A DNA stretch of 64,000 nt from Obrimoposthia wandeli (Eukaryota): positions 1,054,001 to 1,118,000 of the forward strand of contig CDROCS010000253.1 of assembly GCA_977020255.1 (NCBI GenBank), in the 5' to 3' direction. The notes under the pieces were generated by a model. The model did no database searches, had not been told where the DNA came from, and saw nothing but the letters and a program-made list of their open reading frames with translations. A program made the position numbers and the translations under genes. This document shows positions 11,648 to 22,464 of this stretch, piece after piece (position 1 is the stretch's first letter; the number at the start of each line of letters is the position of its first letter).

Positions 11648-12388
11648 ATGAAAAAAACATTATTAACCATCGCTTTATTATCAAGTCTTTCAACGGCAGC
11701 TTTTGCAAACCAAGCGGGTGACTTCCTCATTCGTGGCGGTGCTACTATGGTTTCTCCAGATAGCCAACAAGCAACTATTTATGCTGCTGGTAATCAAACC
11801 GTTAATTTAGGCGCGGGTGCGATTACTGCTTCTGTTGACGATAATACACAGCTTGGTTTAAATTTTGTCTATTTCTACGACAGTAACTGGGCTGTAGAGT
11901 TATTAGCAGCTACTCCATTTAAACACGATATTATGGTCGATACTGGTGCTGGCGTAGCTAAGTTAGGTGAAACTAAGCACTTACCACCAACGTTAAGTGT
12001 ATTATATTATTTCGATACGGGTTCTGCATTTAAACCGTATGTGGGTGTTGGTATAAATTATACTATTTTCTTTGATGATAGTTTTGACCCAGCATTAACA
12101 GGACCTGATAGTCCTACTATAGTTAGTATTAGTGATGGCACTACTACAACACCAGTAGGTGCTGCGTTAGATGCTGACGATCTTGATTTAGATAGCTCTT
12201 GGGGATTAAGTGCACAAATAGGTGTTGATTACCAACTTAATGACAAATGGTCAATTAATGCTTCTGCACGTTATATCGATATTGATACTAAAGCCACTTT
12301 TACCGCAGTGGGTGGCGCAGTGCCAGGTAATGTAAGTGTTGATGTTGATCCAATGGTTTATTCAGTTATGCTTGGTTATACATTCTAG
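11648..12388 (+). CDS. ompW: OmpW-family outer-membrane beta-barrel
   Basis: Signal peptide, VELLAATPFKH, LPPTL, PYVGVGINYTIFF, terminal YTF. Confidence 0.93.
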   Translation: MKKTLLTIALLSSLSTAAFANQAGDFLIRGGATMVSPDSQQATIYAAGNQTVNLGAGAITASVDDNTQLGLNFVYFYDSNWAVELLAATPFKHDIMVDTGAGVAKLGETKHLPPTLSVLYYFDTGSAFKPYVGVGINYTIFFDDSFDPALTGPDSPTIVSISDGTTTTPVGAALDADDLDLDSSWGLSAQIGVDYQLNDKWSINASARYIDIDTKATFTAVGGAVPGNVSVDVDPMVYSVMLGYTF

Positions 12389-12413
12389 ATTGAGTTAATT
12401 ACCAATAATGGAT

Positions 12414-12452
12414 AAAAGCAGTAACTTTTTTGAAAGGGTTACTGCTTTTTTG
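12414..12452 (+). terminator. Intrinsic terminator after ompW
   Basis: aaaagcagtaac...gttactgcttttttg. Confidence 0.85.
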
Positions 12453-12506
12453 TTTTCATTAATTGTTGATTAAGTTAGGCTGTAGCCATTAGTTTCTTTG
12501 ATTGCA

Positions 12507-13340
12507 ATGACAATGACACAACAGACCCCAGATCAATATCGCGTTTTTGGAAATCCTATTGAACACTCTCGCTCTCCTGATATTCATCATATATTTGCGA
12601 ATAAGGGCCAACAAAATATTAATTATCAAAAGCAGTTAGTTGAAACTGATGATTTCTCCAATGCCGTTGCAGACTTTATTCAGCAAGGTGGAAAAGGCGT
12701 AAATGTAACGGTACCTTTTAAAGAGGAAGCATTAACGTTAGCTGATGAGCTTACCGAGCGTGCGAGACTAGCTGGCGCAGTTAATACACTTACCTTTAAA
12801 AATGGTAAAATATTCGGTGATAACACCGATGGTGAAGGCTTAGTTCAAGATCTAATAGTCAACCAAGTCACCTTAAAGGAAAGTAGAGTCTTACTATTGG
12901 GTGCTGGTGGAGCGGCAAGAGGTGTTTTATTACCTTTGCTTGCGCAAAACCCTCGCTCCATTGTTATAGCCAATAGAACGGTAAGTAAAGCTGATAAGAT
13001 ATGTCAGCATTTTGCCGATCATCGAATTAATGCTTCTAGTTATAATGATTTAGTAAAGCAGGATTTTGATATAATTATCAATGCTACCTCTGCCAGTCTC
13101 TCTGGAGATTTACCACCAATTCCATCGACAATAATAAATCATAAAGTCGTGTGTTACGACATGGTATATGGTAAAGGTAATACGCCATTTCTTCAATGGG
13201 CGAAAGAGAAAGGAGCGTTAAAGCTCATCGATGGTTTAGGTATGTTAGTAGGACAGGCGGCTGTAAGCTTTTCTATTTGGCGAGGTATTACCCCCCAAGT
13301 TCAACCGGTAATTGAAAAATTACGAGCTTCTTTAAAATAA
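12507..13340 (+). CDS. aroE: Shikimate dehydrogenase
   Basis: GNPIEHSRSP, NVTVPFK, GDNTDG, GAGGAA, NATS, MLVGQA. Confidence 0.97.
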   Translation: MTMTQQTPDQYRVFGNPIEHSRSPDIHHIFANKGQQNINYQKQLVETDDFSNAVADFIQQGGKGVNVTVPFKEEALTLADELTERARLAGAVNTLTFKNGKIFGDNTDGEGLVQDLIVNQVTLKESRVLLLGAGGAARGVLLPLLAQNPRSIVIANRTVSKADKICQHFADHRINASSYNDLVKQDFDIIINATSASLSGDLPPIPSTIINHKVVCYDMVYGKGNTPFLQWAKEKGALKLIDGLGMLVGQAAVSFSIWRGITPQVQPVIEKLRASLK

Positions 13341-13354
13341 AGGTAGAAATCTGT

Positions 13355-13588
13355 ATGAATCAAGCCATTTTGTTCAATGATGATTTAGCGTTTGATAAAG
13401 AGCAGAATGCTTGGTGCTTTACAGCGTTATTATCGGCTCAAGTTATAACTGTTTATTTTCACTCAATACAACTAAACAAGTTAGTAGAAATAGCTACCGG
13501 TACAAAGTTTGACTTAGAAGAAACAGTTGAACTCTGGCTCGAAAAAAATGAGCCAGAGGGAAATACTATTCACATACAAATGCGCTAG
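13355..13588 (+). CDS. DUF1488 (YrdB-like) protein
   Basis: MNQAILFND N-terminus, follows aroE. Confidence 0.8.
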   Translation: MNQAILFNDDLAFDKEQNAWCFTALLSAQVITVYFHSIQLNKLVEIATGTKFDLEETVELWLEKNEPEGNTIHIQMR

Positions 13589-13609
13589 TTATTATATTTA
13601 CTAAAATAA

Positions 13610-14149
13610 TCAATCACTTAAGTAATTATTTTTTAACTCGACATAGTTTATGGCTGACTGCTTAAGAAAGGCTGCTTCACTTTCTTTTAGCGGTCTAGCT
13701 TGTTTTACTGGGTTTCCGACATATAAATAGCCGCTAAGCAGCGTTTTATTTGGGGGCACTAAGCTGCCCGCACCAATAAAAACATCGTCCTCTATAACCG
13801 CGCCATCCATAATTATTGCTCCCATACCAACGAGTATACGATTGCCAAGCTGACAACCGTGTAGCATACATTTATGGCCAATCGTCACATCACTGCCAAT
13901 AATTAAGGGATTTCCTTGTGGGTTCTCTGGACTTTTCCGAGTCACGTGCAAAACAGTACCATCTTGTATGTTTGTGCGAGTACCGATAGTAATGGTGTTT
14001 ACATCTCCACGCGCGGCAACAAGTGGCCAAATACTGACATCATCAGATAAAGTAATATCTCCAACGAGAATTGCTGATTTATCAATGTAATTATCTAATC
14101 CTATAGAAGGGAGAACACCTTTATAAGGACGTATGTTAGTTGTACTCAT
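13610..14149 (-). CDS. yrdA: Gamma carbonic anhydrase family protein (YrdA)
   Basis: RGDVN, NIQDGTVLHV, GHKCMLHGC hexapeptide repeats. Confidence 0.93.
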   Translation of the reverse strand: MSTTNIRPYKGVLPSIGLDNYIDKSAILVGDITLSDDVSIWPLVAARGDVNTITIGTRTNIQDGTVLHVTRKSPENPQGNPLIIGSDVTIGHKCMLHGCQLGNRILVGMGAIIMDGAVIEDDVFIGAGSLVPPNKTLLSGYLYVGNPVKQARPLKESEAAFLKQSAINYVELKNNYLSD

Positions 14150-14393
14150 ATAGCACCTATTGCAATGCTGCAATTTAATTGAATGGCAAGTAGCAATAAA
14201 AATAACATAGCTAGCTAATAAAACCAGTATTCGAAGGGCTTAGTCATTAAAAAATATATGTAAGATAAATCTAAGTAATTGACATGAGATTAACTAACAT
14301 GAGTAACTATTGCACGTATTGAGGTAAACACACACAAGGGCTGTATGAAAGTTGAACGAACTGGTTTTTATCATGATTTTAGGTAAAAAAGAG

Positions 14394-14428
14394 TTGACCT
14401 AATTATAAAAATCTTTACAATGCGCTCC
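14394..14428 (+). promoter_or_regulatory. rrn copy 1 P1 promoter
   Basis: TTGACC-16bp-TACAAT plus GC-rich discriminator gcgctcc, AT-rich upstream. Confidence 0.8.
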
Positions 14429-14558
14429 AGTTCCAAGGGGTTCACGCAAAATGAATCATCAAGGAACTGTTTTGATAGGTTATCTTATTGCTTTAGCGAT
14501 AAATAACGTAAGTTAACATGTTGTTTTAAATGTTTCTTGAAATACTTTAAAATAAAGA

Positions 14559-14593
14559 TTGACATCAAAACTCGGAAGCGTATTATACGCATC
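14559..14593 (+). promoter_or_regulatory. rrn copy 1 P2 promoter
   Basis: TTGACA-16bp-TATTAT. Confidence 0.8.
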
Positions 14594-14961
14594 CTGCTTC
14601 GGGGCAATAGCAGCGAGCAACACTGATTAACCACACGGTTTTCAGTTCAGGTGAAGAGCGAATGCGAGCTCATCGTTTCAATGAAACGTTTTTCTTTAAC
14701 AATTAGTTATCATGCAATTTGTGTGAATACTCACATTAACTTGTTTTTACATAGTTTTTCTCTTTCGAGAGAGAAACAAAAATAAAACGCTTAATGAATG
14801 ATGTTCATGCAAATAAATACAGTTACTTATCTTTAGTTAGGTAGGTAACGACTATGTAATGCGTTATTTATCTTCGGATAGATAACACGACAGAATTCAT
14901 TGAGCAGTAACACATCGCCTTTTATTTCGGTAGAAAGTGGTGAGGTTACACAAACGATTTT

Positions 14962-15276
14962 TAATTGAAAGGGGATTTACGATCATGGCTCAAGATTGAA
15001 CACTTTGGCAGCCAGGCTTAACACATGCAAGTCAGGCGGTAACAGAGAAGGGAATGGCTTGCTATGCTGACGAAGGAAGCGGCGGACGGGTGAGTAATGC
15101 TTGGGAATATGCCTTATGGTGAAGGGGGACTAACAAGGAAAACGATGCTAATACCGCATAACGTCTACGGACCAAGGGGGGATCTTCTGGACCTCTCGCC
15201 ATTTGATTAGCCCAAAGTGAGATTAGCTGGTTGGGTGAGTAATGGCTCACCAAGGCGACGATCTCTAGCTGTGGTT

Positions 15277-15312
<36 letters not shown>

Positions 15313-16449
15313 AAGCCCAGACTCCTACAGGAGGCAGCAGTGGGGGTATTGCACAATGGGCGAGAAGCCTGATGCAACCATGCCGCCATTGTGAAGAAGG
15401 CCTTCGGGTTGTAAAGCACTTTCAGTTGTGAGGAAAGAATTGTAGTTAATAGCTGCATTTCTGTGACGTTAACAGCAGAAGAAGCATAAACTACTTCCGT
15501 GCCGGCAGCCGCGGTAATACGAGGGGTGCAAGCGTTAATCGGAATTACTGGGCGTAAAGCGTTCGTGACGGTCTATTAAGCAAGATGAAAGCCAGAAGAC
15601 TCAGCCTTGGAACACCAGACTGGTAGACTGAAGTACTGTAGAGGGTGGTGGAATTTCCGGTGTAGCGGTGAGGAAATGCGTAGGGTGGAAGGAACATCAG
15701 TGGCGAGAGGCATGCCTGGACGAATACTGACGCTGAGGAACTAAGCGATGAGGGAGCGAACAAGGATTAGATACCCTGTGGAAGTCCGCCGTAAACGATG
15801 TCTTTAGCCGTTTGTGGACGATCATGATGCGCAGCTAACGCACTAAGTTGACCGCCTGGGGAGTACGGCCGCAAGGTTAAACTCAAGCTAAGATGAGCAA
15901 AGGGGCTGCACAGCGGTGGGCATGGTTTAATTCGATGCAACGCAGAAGAGCCCTTACCATCCCTTATTCAGAAAGACTAAAAGATAGACTTGTGCCTTCA
16001 AGGGAACTCTGTGACAGGTGCTGCATGGCTGTCGTCATCGTGTTGTGAAATGTTGAGTTCGAATCCACAACGGAAGCACCAACCTATCATATTTGCCAGC
16101 GCGATTTACTGGCAGGAGCTCAAAGGGAGACTGGGGTGATAAACTGGAGGAAAATTAAAGGGACGACGTCAGTCATCTGTAACCCATACGGGATGGGCTA
16201 CACACGTGCTACATTAGCGTATAGAGAGTGCTGCAATACGGCGAGGTGGGGCGAAGGACACAGAGTACGGCGTAGTCCGGATTTGGGTCGGCAACGCGAC
16301 GTCATGAAGTCGGAATCGCGCTAGTAATCGTAGATCAGGGAATGCTACATTGAAATACGGACCGGGCGCGTACACCATAAAATGGGAGTGGGATGCAAGA
16401 AGTGGCTAGTTTAAGCCCTTTCAGGAGGACGGTCACCACTTTGTGTTTT

Positions 16450-16480
<31 letters not shown>

Positions 16481-16513
16481 CCTAGGGGAACCTGGGGTTG
16501 GATCACCTCCTTA
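14962..16513 (+). rRNA. rrs: 16S rRNA copy 1 (indel-ridden as given)
   Basis: Collinear with copies 2-4 but with dense small indels; anti-SD cacctcctta intact. Confidence 0.9.
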
Positions 16514-16607
16514 TCTTGAAGTAAAATTGCTTAATGGAAATCAGTTTTCGGATTGTATTTCACGAGTGTTCACACAAATTACATGATAACAAATTAGAAG
16601 AAACAAT

Positions 16608-16623
16608 AGGTCTGTAGCTCAGC

Positions 16624-16656
<33 letters not shown>

Positions 16657-16684
16657 GGCAGTTCAAGTCTGCCCAGACCTACCA
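16608..16684 (+). tRNA. tRNA-Ile(GAT)
   Basis: 77-nt cloverleaf, anticodon loop ctGATaa, CCA end. Confidence 0.97.
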
Positions 16685-17224
16685 GTACCCCGATTTTACC
16701 GCGTTGCTTGAGGCCTACCTTATAAAGAATACCTATGCGTCGCATTCAAAAGCCTTGTAAAAAAGCAAATGGGGATTTTACTTCTTCTCTAAAGAAAGAG
16801 ACCAAACTTAAAACATCATTTGATGATGAGTTAAGTTTGGTTTTTTAAACCACTTTTTTAACCGAATGCGTGTTAAGAATGAGTTCTTTAACAATCTGGA
16901 AAGCTGATATAAATATCGGTATTTATAAGGTAAACACGGTGTCGCGCTGTTGTTTACATGATTATAAATACCAAGCTGTTATGACATTCTCTTATCACAT
17001 TGGGGTGTTTAGGAGTAGTGGAAATGGTGCATCCCCCAAGGATGTATTATCGAATTCATACTGTTCGAAAGAACATGATGTCTTATCAAGTAACTCATCT
17101 TATTTAGTTGTTTTTAAATAATTAAATATTGAGTACGTGAAAATGTCAGACTTTACAATTGCCTTGGATTAGTCTCCGGGGCGCACTTCGTTTTCAAATC
17201 TTTGGATGAGACTACTTGGGTTAA

Positions 17225-19475
17225 TGTTGAGAGAGTGACTAAGCGTATGTGGTGGATGCCTTGGCAGTTAGAGCGATGAAGGACGTTAATCTGCGAAAAG
17301 CGTTGGTAAGGTGATAAAAAGCCGTTATGGCCAACGATGTCGAATGGAAACCCACTTAGCATAAGCTAGGTATCTGGTTACGTGAATACATAGCGTAACG
17401 AAGCGAACCGGGAGAACTGGGGAAACATCTAAGTACCCCGAGGGAAGAAATCAGCCGAGATTTCGTTATTGGCGGCGAGCGAACGCGAATCAGCCCTTAA
17501 GCTTATTAGGCGCTAGTAAATGTTCTGGAAGGACAACGATACAGGGTGATAGTCCGTATACTAAACTTAAACCTTCAGAGGTAAAGAAATCGAGTAGGAC
17601 CCGGAGCACGTGAAACTTTATTCGAATATGGGGGACCGTCTCAGGCTAATACTGCAACTGACCCGTATCAGTGAACCAGTACCAAAATAGAAAGGCGAAA
17701 AAGAACCCCTGTGAGGGAGTGAAATAGAACCTGAAACCGCATACGTACAAGCAGTGGGAGCCCGATTTAGTCAGTGGCTGCGTATAATTGGTCAGCGACT
17801 TATATTCTGTAGCGGTTAACCGATTTAGGGAGCCGTGAAAGCGAGTGTTAATCCGTGCGCTTAGTTGCAGGGGTATAGACCTGAAACCCGGCGATGCGCT
17901 CACCATGGCAGGTTGAAGGTTGAGAACATCGCTGGAACTGAGACCGAACACGTATGCTGAAAAAATGCGGTGATGACTTGTGTGGTCGGAGTGAAAGGCT
18001 AATCCAAGCCGGGAATAGCTGGTTCTCCCTGAAATCTATTGATGAGGCCTCGCACGAACACCATTGGGGGTAGCACTGTTAAGGCTAGGTCATCCTGACT
18101 TACCAACTCCTTTGCAAACTCCAGATCACCAATGAGTGATATGCGGTACACTGCGGGTGTAACGTCCGTTGTGAAGAGGGAAACAACCCAGACCGCCAGC
18201 TTACGTCCCAAAGTACTAGTTATGGGAACGATGTGAAGCAAGTACAGACAGCTAGGAGGTTGGCTTAGAAGCAGCCATCCTTAAAGAAAGCGTAATAGCT
18301 CACTAGTCGAGTCGATTCGCGGAAGATGTAACGGGGCTAAACCAGTCACCGAGCTGCGGATTTGCAATTATTCAAGTGGTAGGGGAGCGTTCTGTAAGCC
18401 GTTGAAGGTGAATTGAGAGAGTTTGCTGAGGTATCAGAAGTGCAATTACTGACATGAAATGTAACGATAAGGGGGAGGTGAAAAACTCCCTGCCGAAAGA
18501 CCAAGGTTTCCTGTCCCATGTTAATCAGGGCAGTGGTAAGTCAGAAGCGGCCCTTAAGGCGAGGCGGAAACGCGTAGTCGATGTAGGAAACAGATTAATA
18601 TTTCTGTACTTCTATATATTGCGAAGGAGGGACGGTAGGCTAGATAGCGGCACGGCGTTGGTAGTCCGTGTGAAAGATGTAGGTAGGGGCGGTTGACTTA
18701 GGTAAATCCGGGTCTTCACATTCAACACTGAGAGTCGAGACGAGTCACTACGGTGACATGAAGTCATTTGATGCCATGCTTCCAGGGAAAGCTTCTAAGC
18801 TTCAGATATATAGGAACCGTACCCCAAACCGACACAGGTGGTTAAGGGTAGAGAATACTAAGGCGCTTGAGAGAACTCGGGTGAAGGAACTAGGCAAGAA
18901 TAGTACCGTAATCTTCGGGAGAAGGTACGCTGCTCAACGTTAAACCCTTGCGGTGTAAGCCGAAGAGTAGTCGAAGTAACCAGGTGGCTGGAACTGTTTA
19001 TTAAAAACACAGCACTGTTGCAAAAATCGAAAGATGACGTATACGGTGTGACGCCCGGTGCCCAGTGCCGGAAGGTTAGGTGATTCGGTTAGTCCTCTCG
19101 GACGAAGCTGATGATCGAAGCCTCGGTAAACGGCGGCCGTAACTACTAACGGTCTTTCAGTCCCTAAGGTAGCGAAATTCCTTGTCGGGTAAAGTTCCGA
19201 CCTGCACGAATGGCGTAATCACTGTAGCCACACTGTCTCACCCGAGACTCAGTGAGATGAATTTGCGGTTAAGATGCCGCATAATACCCAGCGGCTAGAC
19301 AGGAAGAGACCCCGTGAACCTTTACTATGCTTCGACAGGTGAACATTGCTCCTACATGTGTAGGATAGGTGGAGGCGTTGAAACTGTCGCTAGATGAAGT
19401 GGAGCCAATCTTGAAATACCACCCTTGTATGCGTGATGTTCTAACCTAGGGCCCTTATCGGGCTTGGGACAATGT

Positions 19476-19527
<52 letters not shown>

Positions 19528-19664
19528 TCAAAGGTTGGCTAAGTACGGTCGGACATCGTACGGTTAGTGCAATGGCATAAGCCAGCTTGATTGCGAGACA
19601 TACAGGTCGAGCAAGTACGAAAGTAGGACTTAGTGATCCGGCGGTACCGAATGGAAGGGCCGTC

Positions 19665-19717
<53 letters not shown>

Positions 19718-19733
19718 CCACATCGACGGCGGT

Positions 19734-19776
<43 letters not shown>

Positions 19777-19778
19777 TC

Positions 19779-19811
<33 letters not shown>

Positions 19812-19980
19812 TGGTACGCGAGCTGGGTTTAGAACGTCGTGAGACAGTTCGGTCCCTATCTGCCGTGGGCGTTTGAGAATTGAAGAGGGCTGCTCCTAGT
19901 ACGAGAGGACCGGAGTGGACGAACCACTGGTGTTCGGGTTGTCATGCCAATGGCATTGCCCGGTAGCTACGTTCGGAACT

Positions 19981-20011
<31 letters not shown>

Positions 20012-20147
20012 AGGCTTTGAGATGAGTTCTCACTGGGACTTTAAGTCCCCTAAAGGGTCGTTGGAGACTACAACGTTGATAGGTCAGGTGTGTAAGTGCT
20101 GCGAGGCATTGAGCTAACTGATACTAATTACCCGTGAGGCTTAACCA
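17225..20147 (+). rRNA. rrl: 23S rRNA copy 1 (indel-ridden to about 19470, foreign-type patches 19471-19721; start approximate)
   Basis: Collinear with copies 2-4. Confidence 0.9.
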
Positions 20148-20297
20148 TACAACACCCAAGTAGTTTTGCTGAAAAGTGAACGCTGAGTGATTTGTATAAA
20201 GACTGACACAGAAAACATCACGTACTTACGTGTTACTTGAAACTAAAAAACGATATTTATAGCTCATTGAGCAAGCTTTCTAAGATTGTACCTTTTT

Positions 20298-20414
20298 TGT
20301 TTAGCGACAATAGCGCTGTGGTCCCACCTGATCCCTTTCCGAACTCAGAAGTGAAACGCAGTTGCGCCGATGGTAGTGTGGGAGTTCCCATGTGAGAGTA
20401 GGACATTGCTAGAC
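20298..20414 (+). rRNA. rrf: 5S rRNA (copy 1a)
   Basis: tgtttagcg...ccgaac...gatggtagtgtggg...gctagac. Confidence 0.95.
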
Positions 20415-20426
20415 TTCTAATTAGAG

Positions 20427-20455
20427 AAGCCCGATTCATAAGAGTCGGGCTTTTT
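20427..20455 (+). terminator. Intrinsic terminator between the two 5S genes
   Basis: aagcccga-ttcataagag-tcgggctttt followed by further T. Confidence 0.75.
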
Positions 20456-20520
20456 GCTAAAGTTTTTATTTATTAAATTACTTATTAAGATTATTGAGTA
20501 ACATAATAAATAAAAGTTTT

Positions 20521-20637
20521 TGTTTAGCGACAATAGCGCTGTGGTCCCACCTGATCCCTTTCCGAACTCAGAAGTGAAACGCAGTTGCGCCGATGGTAGT
20601 GTGGGAGTTCCCATGTGAGAGTAGGACATTGCTAGAC
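20521..20637 (+). rRNA. rrf: 5S rRNA (copy 1b)
   Basis: Duplicate of 20298-20414. Confidence 0.95.
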
Positions 20638-20675
20638 TCCTAATTCCATCAGTATTTCTGATGAAATGGCCCCGT

Positions 20676-20760
20676 GGAGGGGTTCCCGAGTGGCCAAAGG
20701 GATCAGACTGTAAATCTGACGGCTCAGCCTTCGGTGGTTCGAATCCACCTCCCTCCACCA
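20676..20760 (+). tRNA. tRNA-Tyr(GTA)
   Basis: 85 nt, long variable arm, anticodon loop ctGTAaa, CCA end. Confidence 0.96.
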
Positions 20761-20776
20761 TATTCTTATAGAATGA

Positions 20777-22384
20777 TTAAATACCAGCAATTAGCTGGTA
20801 TTTTTTTTGCATTTTTTTCAGTCTTTCCAACTCATTGTTACTTAAATCTAATCGAGCTAGTTCCTGTAATAAGGTTTTAGCTTTATGTAGATCTTCCACT
20901 GATTGTTTATCGTGGTCATATGAAACTAACAAAACCTGCGTTAGATTTAACTTTATACCTATATGCTTTGGAAATACTGTAGAAGCACTTTGTAATTTGA
21001 GAGTTGCCTCTCGATATTTTTTTTGAGTATATAAAGTTAAACCAAGCTCTATATCCGCTTGAGCCTTATCTTTTATATTAATATTTTTTCCATTCATTTC
21101 ACTTGATAATTGAGGAACATTAGACTCTTCTCTGGCGACGAGTATTTTGCTAACAAGGTCTTCTCTTTTCAATTTCTTTAATGTTAGTGAGATATCAATT
21201 AATTTAGTCTTTTCAATATTACCATGTTCGATAGTGAGTAACCTTTCCGCTCTAACAATTTCGTCATTGGCTAATTGACGTTCTTTTGTGATTTCTAATA
21301 AACATGCTCCAAGTAAATGCGACTGGACTTTTATATCACTATCATTAAAGTCTCTTGCCATTTGCTTTAAATAGGAGAAGGCTTTGTTGTTTATTTTCTT
21401 TGCATCGACTAATGGTAGTGACGGTGTATACTCAATCAAAGCTTGTACATACTTGATTGCATTATCAGCACAATGATGAATTGAATTCTGTGCCAAGTTA
21501 TAATTTCTTTCGTAGGCTACGGTAGCTTTATCAAAATGCTCATTATGAATGCAAAGCTGAGCATATTTCTTTAATCGCGTTAAAGAACGTGGTGATAAAA
21601 ATAAAGCTTGCTCTAATATTTCTTCAGCGAGTAAATAATGAAATTGTTCTTCATAAGTTACCGCCAGCCAATCGTAGCTTGATAAATAAAGTGGGCTGTT
21701 CCTAATTAAAAGCTTAAATAATTTTTCGGCTTGATTTAACTTCTTTTCATGTAAGGCAACTTTGCCTAAACCAATCATTGCCCATTGACAATTTGAAGTG
21801 TGTTGATAGGCTAAATATATAGTTTTGGCTTCATCAAACCTTTGTAATTCAAAATATTGTCTGGCTATGATGCCTAAGCATTCAGTTTTATATGGCGTAT
21901 TTATTGATAAGGCATGCTGACAACGATTAATGACAAGTTCTGAATTATTTTCATCGAGAGCTTGATAGATAGGTGCCATCGACTTTTTCTTATGTAAACA
22001 AAAGTTTAAACGTTTATCTAATTCACTTAATGTATAAGGTTTACATAAATAGTGATCTGGCTTGTGTTCAAGCGCAGCTAACACCATTGATTGTGAAACT
22101 TCGGCAGTGATTAATATGACGATACAGTGACGATTAATAAAACCATTGACTCGTAATTCTTCGAGGATCTGTTGGCCATTCTTTTGGTTATCTCCTAGAT
22201 CATAACCCAATAAAATAACATCATAGGATTTTTGCTGACAAATTGAAGCGACATCTTGTGCGTAATGAGTACTATCTACTTGCTTTGTTGTTAAACTCAT
22301 AACAAATTGTTTGAGGATATCTTGCGATGGCTTGATGTTATCAACAATCAAGAATCGCATATTTTGATAATTGTACTTTGCCAT
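20777..22384 (-). CDS. Receiver-domain plus TPR-repeat protein (atypical receiver)
   Basis: N-terminal REC fold (FLIVDN, ILLGYDLG, ILITAE, YLCKP) followed by TPR-like helices. Confidence 0.85.
   Translation of the reverse strand: MAKYNYQNMRFLIVDNIKPSQDILKQFVMSLTTKQVDSTHYAQDVASICQQKSYDVILLGYDLGDNQKNGQQILEELRVNGFINRHCIVILITAEVSQSMVLAALEHKPDHYLCKPYTLSELDKRLNFCLHKKKSMAPIYQALDENNSELVINRCQHALSINTPYKTECLGIIARQYFELQRFDEAKTIYLAYQHTSNCQWAMIGLGKVALHEKKLNQAEKLFKLLIRNSPLYLSSYDWLAVTYEEQFHYLLAEEILEQALFLSPRSLTRLKKYAQLCIHNEHFDKATVAYERNYNLAQNSIHHCADNAIKYVQALIEYTPSLPLVDAKKINNKAFSYLKQMARDFNDSDIKVQSHLLGACLLEITKERQLANDEIVRAERLLTIEHGNIEKTKLIDISLTLKKLKREDLVSKILVAREESNVPQLSSEMNGKNINIKDKAQADIELGLTLYTQKKYREATLKLQSASTVFPKHIGIKLNLTQVLLVSYDHDKQSVEDLHKAKTLLQELARLDLSNNELERLKKMQKKYQLIAGI
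20779..20808. terminator. Terminator after tRNA-Tyr, shared with convergent gene
   Basis: aaataccagc-aatta-gctggtatttttttt. Confidence 0.85.
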
Positions 22385-22464
22385 AACATCCTTAATGTCA
22401 AATACACTAATAACTGGGATAGTCATATACGACTTCTGCTACAATTAACCAACTTAAAAATATA

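Noticed and set aside
14962-16513. Copy 1 16S as a highly divergent or novel-lineage 16S
   Set aside because: Differences are scattered indels that break universal motifs, not covarying substitutions
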